A stretch of 64,000 bases of DNA from NCBI GenBank assembly GCA_963806535.1, contig CAWDYC010000007.1, positions 320,001 through 384,000 on the forward strand. The letters are read 5' to 3'. Both the position numbers and the translations under genes were made by a program. Positions within the stretch are counted from its first letter, which is position 1; each line of letters begins with the position of its first letter. Origin of the DNA: Candidatus Bathyarchaeota archaeon (GTDB lineage: Archaea; Thermoproteota; Bathyarchaeia; Bathyarchaeales; Bathycorpusculaceae). Below are positions 1 to 8,469 of the stretch, in pieces. The notes below the pieces were generated by a model that searched no databases, was not told the DNA's origin, and was given only the letters and a program-made list of their open reading frames with translations.

Positions 1-453
1 CTTCATAACTTACTTTCTTCCCACGTTCTCAACCGCAAATTGATGTTTTTCCTTTATCTCCATTCGGAGCTGACAGTTTTCTTTTCCAATACAGTAATCG
101 CAACTTACATATTCTTTTGGGGTTTGGCAATCTATTACTATTTGAGCATACAAGTTTTCTCAACCTCGGGAAGCAACACAACGACAAGAACTTGCTTATA
201 GGCAATATCAACTAAGTTACAGCACTAGTTCCAGCAGGATAATTCGTCTTTACCATCAAGTTTAAACAAAAAAATGCATCAAAATTCTGTTTCTATTGTT
301 TCAGCCCTCGAACTCCGATTTATATCTACCAGCAAGTCTTGCCAAAATTCTGACTGACTTTTCAGCAAAAACATATTTAGACCTTACCCAGAAATCAACT
401 GAACAGTAAACTAACGTTAATCGAATTGGTGAAGATTTGGGAGTGTAATTGGT

Positions 454-1878
454 TTGGTTAAAATTCAGTTTGTAGAGCCGCCAAAAGATTACTGGTTTGT
501 TATGGGCGAATATCTTCCTCCGCCATACGGAATTCTTCAGCTCGCAGCATATCTTGAAAACAAAATGGAGGACGTGGAAATTGAAGTCATAGACTGCCAA
601 GCAATGTCTCTAGACTGGCCTGGACTGGAGAAGAGAATTGAAGCATTTAATCCTGACATTGTCGCAGCAAGCGGATTAGCAACCTGCAACGTTTACATTA
701 CAGCCCGCACCTTGGAATTGGCGAAGAAGCTAAAGCCGAACGTCGTGACTGTAACGGGCGGTCAGCACTTCACAGCACTGGCTCAAGAAAGCCTTGAAGC
801 TTACCCAGAAATTGATGTTGTTGTACGAGGTGAAGGCGAAGAAACGTTCCTAGAGTTGGTTAAAGCGGTAAGCGAGAAATCAGACTTTTCAGCAATCAAA
901 GGCATTTCGTTTCGTCATGAAAAGAAGATTTTTCATAATCCTCCAAGACCTTTGATTGAAAACTTGGATCAATTGCCTTTTCCAGGATATCATTTCGTAA
1001 AGGATTACGCTCACCGATACCATTTCACCATGATGGCGGGTTCCAAAGCGAAATACGGAATGATTGAAGGGTCAAGAGGCTGCCCTAACCGCTGCACTTT
1101 CTGTTCTCAATGGAAACATTGGCAGGGCGCATGGCGACACAAATCTGTAAAACGAATAGCAGATGAAATGGAATATCTATACAACAACTATGGCAGCAAG
1201 CTCCTGTGGCTAACAGATGACAACTTTGGCTTGGGCAAACGAACCGAAGACCTCTGTGACGAACTCATTAAACGTCCTTTCTCCAAAGATATAACAGGTT
1301 TCATGCAGGTTCGATGTGACGATGCAGCAAAAAACCCAAGAATCGTAGAAAAAATGAGCAAAGCCGGAATCAACTGGTTCCTTCTAGGTGTAGAAAGCCA
1401 AAGCAAAGTCACTCTTGACCGCTTCAACAAAGGCACCAAACCTGAAGACGCTGCAACAGCCGTTAAACTGCTCAAACAGAACGGCATATTCTCACAAGCA
1501 ACATGCATCGTCGGAAACCGAGCTGACACGGCTGAATCAATAAGTGGACTAAGACAATTTGTCAACGACATCGACCCCGACATTGCCATCTTCATGGTTC
1601 TAACCCCGTTTCCAGGAACAGACCTCTACCAAGAAGCAAAGAGTAAAGGCTGGATTGAAGACTATAACTGGGCTAACTACGACATGGTACACGCAACAAT
1701 GCCTACCGAAACCTTGACAAGAGAACAAGTACAGCAAGAGCTGACCAAGTGTTACCAGTCGTTCTATGGCTCATGGGGTAGACTACTGCAGGGTGTTTTC
1801 TCAAGAAACAAAGTGAAAAAGCAGAGTGTACCGCTACATGGCTCGTCAAGGAGTAGTAAGACAACTGGAAAGCATTAA
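454..1878 (+). CDS. B12-binding domain radical SAM protein
   Basis: N-terminal cobalamin-binding region (PPYGILQLAAYL, GGQHFT, GEGEETF) and CxxxCxxC motif SRGCPNRCTFC; probable indel in the A-run near 1817-1820 alters the C-terminus. Confidence 0.9.
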   Translation: MVKIQFVEPPKDYWFVMGEYLPPPYGILQLAAYLENKMEDVEIEVIDCQAMSLDWPGLEKRIEAFNPDIVAASGLATCNVYITARTLELAKKLKPNVVTVTGGQHFTALAQESLEAYPEIDVVVRGEGEETFLELVKAVSEKSDFSAIKGISFRHEKKIFHNPPRPLIENLDQLPFPGYHFVKDYAHRYHFTMMAGSKAKYGMIEGSRGCPNRCTFCSQWKHWQGAWRHKSVKRIADEMEYLYNNYGSKLLWLTDDNFGLGKRTEDLCDELIKRPFSKDITGFMQVRCDDAAKNPRIVEKMSKAGINWFLLGVESQSKVTLDRFNKGTKPEDAATAVKLLKQNGIFSQATCIVGNRADTAESISGLRQFVNDIDPDIAIFMVLTPFPGTDLYQEAKSKGWIEDYNWANYDMVHATMPTETLTREQVQQELTKCYQSFYGSWGRLLQGVFSRNKVKKQSVPLHGSSRSSKTTGKH

Positions 1879-2130
1879 GCCGCTGATTCCATGTTAAAAA
1901 CCAAGAACCCACCAATCGAACCAACCCTAATGTTTCTTATCTTTATCTCCCTCTTTGGATTAGCCCTTTCTTTCGTATTGGTTGTCAACCTCAGGTAGGA
2001 ACGCCGTCTGATGGCTTCGGACTGAGAAAACCGTTGGTGGGCTTAGTATTTGGCGCGCTCTGCGTATTAGGAATCTTCGCCTCGATTTACCCCAGTTCAT
2101 GTTCCAAGAGTTTTTGATTATGAAAAAAAC

Positions 2131-2694
2131 ATGCAGCACGAGAATGAAGCTGGAAAACAACGAGATGTAAGCATTCGTGGACATCACCCAACGTGCAGAA
2201 ATTATTCTGCCCACATTCTGAAAGTCAAAAACAGAATATTCTGCGCTACATGTACAGGTTTCTCCGTCGGTGCAATTATCGCATTAATAGGTGTCGGGCT
2301 ATTCTTTTTTGGGCCATTCAGCTTCGGAACAAAACCATTGATTGCAATGATTATCGGCGCTTTTGCTGTGTCAATAGGCTTGTTGCATTCAATCCTGCCT
2401 GGCTTCAGAGTCGGTTTCTCACGCTTCATTGCTAGTGCTTTTTTCGCTGTAGGATCGTTTCTGATCCTTGCTAGTGTAGAAGATGCTTTGCGTAATACTT
2501 CAATTGACTTTTTCTTCGTTTTGCTGAGTGTACTTTGGCTTATGACAGATACCGCTCTGTCACGATGGGATCATCGAAGGATATGCGCCAAATGTCTGTC
2601 AGAATCTTGCGGTCGCAAGAGCTTAATTAGGTTGGGCTTGGTCTTGAGCGACTCATTCGGTAGATCGCTCCTGCAATCAATAAGATTCCAATGA
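2131..2694 (+). CDS. Membrane protein, DUF2085-like
   Basis: GHHPTC...HILK...FCATCTG motif followed by about 4 hydrophobic helices and a CxxC; the real stop is probably near 2625. Confidence 0.6.
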   Translation: MQHENEAGKQRDVSIRGHHPTCRNYSAHILKVKNRIFCATCTGFSVGAIIALIGVGLFFFGPFSFGTKPLIAMIIGAFAVSIGLLHSILPGFRVGFSRFIASAFFAVGSFLILASVEDALRNTSIDFFFVLLSVLWLMTDTALSRWDHRRICAKCLSESCGRKSLIRLGLVLSDSFGRSLLQSIRFQ

Positions 2695-2963
2695 CTATTA
2701 CGATAATAATCCATAGATCAGGCGTTGCAGAAACTAGACCCTGATGCTTGTGCCAATGCAAAAGCGCCCCATATCAAGATTATTGCTCCTATAACTAATC
2801 CGACGATTGCACCGCCGTGCGGAAGCCCGAAACATTCATTTTCAGCTCTTCTACGTTCGTAACGTCGTGATTCATAGGTTCCTGTACGTAGACTTGCGCC
2901 ACATTTGACACAAAATTCTGCTGTATCATCATTCAGAGTGCCGCATTTTGGACAATAAACCAT
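2627..2963 (-). CDS. Zinc-ribbon membrane protein (one frameshift near 2745)
   Basis: YCPKCG...FCVKCG zinc ribbon plus TM helix; a second TM helix (DLWIIIVIVIGILLIAGAIY) continues in another frame to TAA at 2627. Confidence 0.75.
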
Positions 2964-3133
2964 ACAATTACCGGCTAAGAAGTTGTTTGTCCGTTACTGT
3001 TAATAAGTTTTTAGCATAATTCACTTCGCTGATTAAACAAATTTCTTACAAACGTTAAATTTTATGCTTTTTTTCAATTAAAACCGTGCGCTTAGTTACG
3101 GATAAATACAACTTTCACAATATTTAATTATAA

Positions 3134-4093
3134 ATGGAAGTTTTTAAACGAAATAAAACAATAGCTTTGATTTTGATATTAATAGTTATCATTTCGACAA
3201 TTTCAGTAGTGTTTTTAGTTCAGAACATTTCTAAACCTCCTTCGAGCCCAAACTCTTCTCCGTCGCCAACGCCTATTACTACTGCTTCTCCAACCAAAAA
3301 TTCTCCAACACCTACTATTAAGGCCACTTTGCCTCCGACTTTTACTCCCCCTTCCACTTCACTGCCCACACCTACAAGTTCATTCTTCCCGGGCGAAGTT
3401 ACTCAATATCAGGGCCAAGGCCTAACCTCAATTAGTATTTACATCGATTATCTTTATCAGCATCCTGACGTTGCAATTCATGGAGCACAAAATATTAACG
3501 AAGCATCATACCACTTAGCAATTACTGGCCTCGTGAATAATCCAATAAATTATAGCTACGATGAGATTGTTGACAACTTTTCTTCAACCCTGGATGTGGC
3601 TACTCTACCTTGTGTGGAAGGATGGAGCGTAACCTTGTTATGGCAAGGGGTTCAGATAAGCGACCTTATCCAGCCACTTGGTGTTAGCCCAAATGCAACA
3701 ACGCTCATTTTCTTAGCTGCCGACGGCTACTCAACTTCACTTCCATTAGATTATATAAAACAGAATAACATTACGATAGCTTACAAAATGAATAACGTTA
3801 CCCTTACACCTCTAACGGGATTTCCATTCTTTCTTGTGGCCAAAAACCAGTATGGGTACAAATGGATTGAGTGGTTAACGGAAATCAACGTGTCGAACGA
3901 TTCAAACTATCTTGGATACTGGGAAAGCCAAGGCTACCCCAACAACGCAACTGTTAGCAATACTAGTAACAATTCACAACTGCTAACAAGTGTTCCAATC
4001 AGCACCTTAGTCATATCCATTTCGATTCCGTGTATAGCCATTGCAGGAGCGATATTTGTCCACCGACACAAAATAAAGAAAAAACAGAAATGA
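3134..4093 (+). CDS. Molybdopterin-dependent oxidoreductase (sulfite oxidase/MsrP-like), membrane anchored
   Basis: LPCVEGWS, GYKWIEWL and GYWE motifs; N-terminal TM, P/T/S-rich linker, C-terminal TM with basic tail. Confidence 0.85.
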   Translation: MEVFKRNKTIALILILIVIISTISVVFLVQNISKPPSSPNSSPSPTPITTASPTKNSPTPTIKATLPPTFTPPSTSLPTPTSSFFPGEVTQYQGQGLTSISIYIDYLYQHPDVAIHGAQNINEASYHLAITGLVNNPINYSYDEIVDNFSSTLDVATLPCVEGWSVTLLWQGVQISDLIQPLGVSPNATTLIFLAADGYSTSLPLDYIKQNNITIAYKMNNVTLTPLTGFPFFLVAKNQYGYKWIEWLTEINVSNDSNYLGYWESQGYPNNATVSNTSNNSQLLTSVPISTLVISISIPCIAIAGAIFVHRHKIKKKQK

Positions 4094-4560
4094 ACAATGT
4101 TACTGGAATCCTTCCTCGGCGCAATTTTAATAATTAGGAGTTTTTTGTAATTTTTTCACTTTAGCTTGCAAGCATACCCAAAATCTTCGCTCAATCCATA
4201 GGCTTCTAAAAAGTAGTAAAGAATTTGGAAAAAGTAGAGTGCTCAAATTGAATTCGAGATTTCAGCTAGTAAACCTGCGGATAATGCCTGTTTGAATTAA
4301 AAATTGGACTCGTTTATGAACGGCGGTGAGGGACAAGTTTAGTCTCTCAGCAAACTCGGCGTACGAGAGCCTGGAATTCACCAACAGCAACTGAACGAGG
4401 GTTAAAGAATTTTAATAATTAATAGTTCAACTTGACCAACGTCCCCGTTGAGGTTTCAGGTTTTCGTTTTGATACTAAAAGTAAACGGGAGTTTTGACCA
4501 AGGCAGCTGTGTGGTTGATAGAGATCTATTTGGAGAATATCGGTTATTGAAAGCTTAGGT

Positions 4561-4600
4561 GATCGCCGCGTTCGCAACGCGGAGCCGCGGGTTCAAATCC
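4561..4600 (+). pseudogene. tRNA-Ala(CGC) central fragment (anticodon arm and partial T arm only)
   Basis: GATCG CCGCG-TTCGCAA-CGCGG AGCC GCGGG-TTCAAAT-CC; no acceptor stem or complete D arm can be formed. Confidence 0.75.
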
Positions 4601-4740
4601 ATATAGACTCAACCCTATTGATTGATTCCGGTTGGCTTCGACAAGTTTCCCAAGTCCACTAAACGGTAGTCAAAAATGTATTCACCACTTTTTCATAAGA
4701 TTGGAAAAGCTAAACGAAAAGCTTGAGCACTGAAAGTGAG

Positions 4741-5760
4741 TCATTTGACTATATTTTGTGGTTTCTCCTTAGCGAAGGCCTTAATATTTTCAATAGTGCC
4801 ATTAACAAGCCTCTCCAACGATTCCTTACTGTTAAACGCGCAGTGGGGCGTTATGATAACGTTATTTAGCCTCAAAAGAATATGTTCCCTCAGCATCGTT
4901 GCCAACTGTTCCCTTGGGAGATTGTCCAAAAGCAGCTGTGCCTCCTCTCGAATAAGCGCTTCCTCCTCTAAAACATCCAAGCCTGCACCTCGAAGGTGAC
5001 CATTTAATAATGCTTCGGTAAGTGCTTGCGAATCGATTAGGCTGCCTCTTGCAGTGTTAATTACAACGGTTCCTTTTTTCATTAGTTTGATTGTGTCCTT
5101 ATTTAAGAAGTGGCGAGTTTCATCATTGAGCGGCAAATGGAGAGTAACTATGTCTGATTTCGATAGTAAATCTGTCCAATCCACATATTGGAATCCCAAA
5201 GCATCCGCTAAAATGTTGTCTGGAAATTTGTCATAAGCCAACACATTCATTTTAAAGCCCTTGGCTATTTCAATTACTTTAGTACCAATTCTACCAGTGC
5301 CAAGAACGCCAAGGACTTTGCCGTTTAAATCAAAGCCTCCTACACCTTCACAAGTAAAGTCACCCTGACGGGTCCTTTCGTATGAATCATGAATATTGCG
5401 TGATAGCGAAAGAATCAGAGCAAAAGTGTGCTCGGCAACAGTAACCTCACCATAATAAGGAACATTACAAACTAAAATGCACCTTCGTTTGCAAACCTCA
5501 AGGTCAATATGGTCAAAACCCGTTGAACGAGTAGCGATTAAATGCGTTTTTTTAAGTTTAGAGATGATATTGCTGTTCAGGTTAGAGTAGATAAAAACTG
5601 AGATTACCTCAAAATCAACTATCTGGTCAACATTTGCTTCACTTAATTGATCTTTGAACAAACGAATCTCATTATCGGCCAAGCCCTTACATAAAAATGG
5701 TTTCTCCCAATCTTGAACCTCAAAGAAAGCAATCCTCAAAAAAGCACACCGTAATAACAT
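4741..5760 (-). CDS. D-isomer-specific 2-hydroxyacid dehydrogenase (D-lactate dehydrogenase-like)
   Basis: RSTGFDHID, GTGRIG Rossmann motif, INTARG, GLDV, ITPHCAF. Confidence 0.9.
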   Translation of the reverse strand: MLLRCAFLRIAFFEVQDWEKPFLCKGLADNEIRLFKDQLSEANVDQIVDFEVISVFIYSNLNSNIISKLKKTHLIATRSTGFDHIDLEVCKRRCILVCNVPYYGEVTVAEHTFALILSLSRNIHDSYERTRQGDFTCEGVGGFDLNGKVLGVLGTGRIGTKVIEIAKGFKMNVLAYDKFPDNILADALGFQYVDWTDLLSKSDIVTLHLPLNDETRHFLNKDTIKLMKKGTVVINTARGSLIDSQALTEALLNGHLRGAGLDVLEEEALIREEAQLLLDNLPREQLATMLREHILLRLNNVIITPHCAFNSKESLERLVNGTIENIKAFAKEKPQNIVK

Positions 5761-5954
5761 TTAGTGTGGTGTTTCAGTTAAACAATTTGGTAATTCGTTT
5801 CAATGCTTTCCTCTTTCATGACAGGTTACAACTGACGCTAAATCAACTTTAAGGTGAGGTTAAGCTACTTAAATTGACACTTATGGAAACTCTTTAGTTA
5901 ACTAAAAATATTAGTTTTTACTATAGCTTATTTGAGCTTGTTATTGTTTAATCG

Positions 5955-6299
5955 TTGAATTTTGGTTTGGCATTTAGTATGTCTTCGGAATTAAGAACAA
6001 TTTTGAATAAAGTAGCTGAAGAAAACTATAAACGAGAAGAAAATGCGGTTGAGCAAGCATTTCAGCGTTACAAACCTCTCCTCTTGAAAATTGCCGGTTT
6101 TAAGGGAATCGATGTTTTAGTTTCCTTTGAAGGAACCAAACAAGCCGATTCGAAAGAAGAGCAAGCAGATTTATGCATGCTCGAAAAAGCCAGCTTAATC
6201 AGAGGCCATACCAAAAACAGTAATCACAACACCTACCGACAATACGAACTCACAGAGAAGGGAGCTGAATTAGCAGAGAAGATCGCAAAAGAGGATTGA
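5955..6299 (+). CDS. Hypothetical protein with C-terminal winged-helix-like end
   Basis: Ends in YELTEKG, a typical wHTH wing; start probably ATG at 5979. Confidence 0.55.
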   Translation: MNFGLAFSMSSELRTILNKVAEENYKREENAVEQAFQRYKPLLLKIAGFKGIDVLVSFEGTKQADSKEEQADLCMLEKASLIRGHTKNSNHNTYRQYELTEKGAELAEKIAKED

Positions 6300-6308
6300 A
6301 GTTGGCTT

Positions 6309-6527
6309 ATGGATAACGATTTCAAAGTAGGCGATCATGTTGAGTGGAATTCAGAAGTAGGCAGAGTTCAGGGGACTATAAGGAAAAAAATTACCTCCGA
6401 AATCGAATTCAAAGGTTACATGGTTCATGCCTCGAAGGAAGAACCGCAATATTTGATTAAGAGCGACAAAACCGAACATTTAGCCATGCACAAAGGCTCA
6501 GCCCTCAAAAAGATAAGCAAAAAATAA
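6309..6527 (+). CDS. DUF2945 (Hva1 Tudor-like) protein
   Basis: FKVGDHVEWNSE.G...ASKEEPQYLIKSDKTEHLAMHKGSAL signature. Confidence 0.85.
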   Translation: MDNDFKVGDHVEWNSEVGRVQGTIRKKITSEIEFKGYMVHASKEEPQYLIKSDKTEHLAMHKGSALKKISKK

Positions 6528-6561
6528 AGGCAAGCTAGAGCCTACAAAGGTTATTCTCAAG

Positions 6562-6744
6562 CTATTTAGTGTCTACTTTAACAAATTTGTAATACAATTT
6601 TTCTCCAGTTGATTTCTTGATAGCTCTGGATTCGACAGCCCCTTCTTTCTCCAAGTTCTCGAGAGTAAGGCGAAACTTCGACTCTGGAGCCATACCATAA
6701 CTCCAAGCTGTGCCGTGTTGTCCACGCTTGCCAACCACACACAT
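6562..6744 (-). CDS. Small hypothetical protein or fragment
   Basis: Protein-like ORF filling a gap; weak wHTH-like end. Confidence 0.3.
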   Translation of the reverse strand: MCVVGKRGQHGTAWSYGMAPESKFRLTLENLEKEGAVESRAIKKSTGEKLYYKFVKVDTK

Positions 6745-6799
6745 TTATCAGGTTATTCCCTCTTCATAACTTTTTAATGCTTGCGGAGGTGACATTTCA

Positions 6800-7009
6800 A
6801 TGTCTGAATGGCCCGGAGGAATAAGTGGCGGCGACTACGACAAAAGAGATGTACCTATCCCAGAGCCAAAAATTGAGCCAGATGGAACATACCGCTGTTC
6901 AGTTTGCAACCAAGGTTTCTCAACAAGACAAGGCTACGACGACCACTACATAAATGACCACACAAAGGAGAAAACAGAGAAAAACTATGCCGAACCTTAT
7001 ACAAAATAG
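6800..7009 (+). CDS. Small C2H2 zinc-finger protein
   Basis: YRCSVCNQGFSTRQGYDDHYINDH; GGAGGTGA RBS upstream. Confidence 0.8.
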   Translation: MSEWPGGISGGDYDKRDVPIPEPKIEPDGTYRCSVCNQGFSTRQGYDDHYINDHTKEKTEKNYAEPYTK

Positions 7010-7131
7010 AAACAGGAAACATCCGAGGATATCGGAACAAAGCAGCGCTTGTAGATGTGGTTCTACAGTCACAAATCGTTAAGTAGAATTGAAAAGATAA
7101 TAAGTCAGTTATACAAGAGGTGATTGGACAA

Positions 7132-7251
7132 ATGAGGTTTTTGCATAATAACAAAGGTGGTTTAGCTGGGTGGCTCTGGTCAGCTATTGTAGTAGTAGTA
7201 TTAATAATAGTTCTTATCGTTGTTGTGAGATTTCTTCTTCACTTGATATAA
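7132..7251 (+). CDS. 39-aa single-TM peptide (below ORF-track cutoff)
   Basis: MRFLHNNKGGLAGWLWSAIVVVVLIIVLIVVVRFLLHLI; GAGGTGA RBS upstream. Confidence 0.65.
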   Translation: MRFLHNNKGGLAGWLWSAIVVVVLIIVLIVVVRFLLHLI

Positions 7252-7427
7252 GGCAAGCTGAAAGAAAGATTCGACCGAATCTTTAGCTTACCCTATCTGT
7301 TTGTGTTGCGTTGAGTTTTATCAAAATTAAAAATCCAGTTAAGCCTAAAAAAATTAGTGTCATCTAAGTAAGAGCGCACGCAAAAAGTTTCAACTGAGAA
7401 CAAAAAGAAAAGTACTGAGTTAGAACT

Positions 7428-7841
7428 TCAGCTGTCTGAGGTCGAGGATGTGTTCAGGACCACGGCGGCGCGAATAAGAGCTATCAGAGCCTCCTCGTCA
7501 ATCTTGTCTCCTTCATGGAAGTCGATCGCACGTCTTGCGCTACCCTCGAGACATGAATTGAAGAGACCTGAGGGGTCATCCAACGAGGCACCCCTGGGAA
7601 ATGTCATCTTTACGACATTCTTGTAGATCTCCCCGGTGCAGATTAACCCGTTGTGAGACCAAACTGCGACGCCCAGCGGATTGGACGGCTTTATCCACTT
7701 TACTTCCTCGACAACTTTTGGGTCGGCTTGCTTGATCAACGAACGGAGGCGGGAAAGCATCACTCCGCGCCAGTCGCCTAGCTCCCGGATCCTAGCGTCT
7801 ATCGATCGAGATGAATCATCAACAGCTTTATTTTGGGGCAT
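7428..7841 (-). CDS. DUF1801 (YdhG-like) protein
   Basis: LGDWRG..L..LR.LI..ADP.V.EEVKW...TGE.YK..VK.TF..GASL.DP.GLFN..LEG..RRAID; GC content higher than flanks. Confidence 0.85.
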   Translation of the reverse strand: MPQNKAVDDSSRSIDARIRELGDWRGVMLSRLRSLIKQADPKVVEEVKWIKPSNPLGVAVWSHNGLICTGEIYKNVVKMTFPRGASLDDPSGLFNSCLEGSARRAIDFHEGDKIDEEALIALIRAAVVLNTSSTSDS

Positions 7842-7897
7842 CTTTTTACCATATTTATTTGATCATTAATTAATAAACTTTGGAGATTAGTTTTCAG

Positions 7898-8221
7898 ATG
7901 AACACTTACGTCGTTTTGTTCCGTGGTGGATTGCCCAAAAGAGAAATTAACTGATGATTATCTTAGCCGCTTTACCAATTGGGCCAAGTTTGTCTCAAAG
8001 ACTTGCGGCTTGAAAACAGGCTTAGGCCGGAAGGCAAGATAATCTCGGGCAAGAATGGCGAAAATGTCTCGAATGTTGAGTTTAGTGACTTGTTAATCGG
8101 AGGATATATCGTGATAGAAACTGATGACTACGACAGTGCTGTTTCGAAACTTAAAGCATGTCCGATTTTCGAGAACGGCGGTTCAGTAAAGGTTCGTGAG
8201 GTACTGCCCGTACAGGCCTAA
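7898..8221 (+). CDS. YciI-like protein (frameshifted)
   Basis: MNTYVVLFRGG start at 7898; C-terminal IGGYIVIE...CPIFENGGSVKVRE lies in another frame. Confidence 0.65.
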
Positions 8222-8469
8222 AGCATCTGTATATCCCTGTTATATCTGTCTTTTTTCAAAAAAATTTTTACTTCCTTAATTTCGCGTTGTTAAGATGGGA
8301 TTGCTGAGGCTCTGGAACAAACTGAAGGAGAAAAGAATGGAAAATGAAAACCAAACCATTCTTCAACCGCGACTACGTAAATTTTATCCAAAGCCCACTC
8401 AGCCCCAATCTTTCACTCATATTATTTTAGTCCCAAAAAAAGGGAAAGGGAAAATTGTGTTTCGCGTTT

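Noticed and set aside
1-300. Small minus-strand Cys-containing gene
   Set aside because: Needs several frame corrections and shows no recognisable family
4300-4540. Riboswitch or ncRNA in GC-richer intergenic patches (also about 47080-47130 and 63120-63210)
   Set aside because: No known consensus or convincing structure seen by eye; an Infernal/Rfam search is needed
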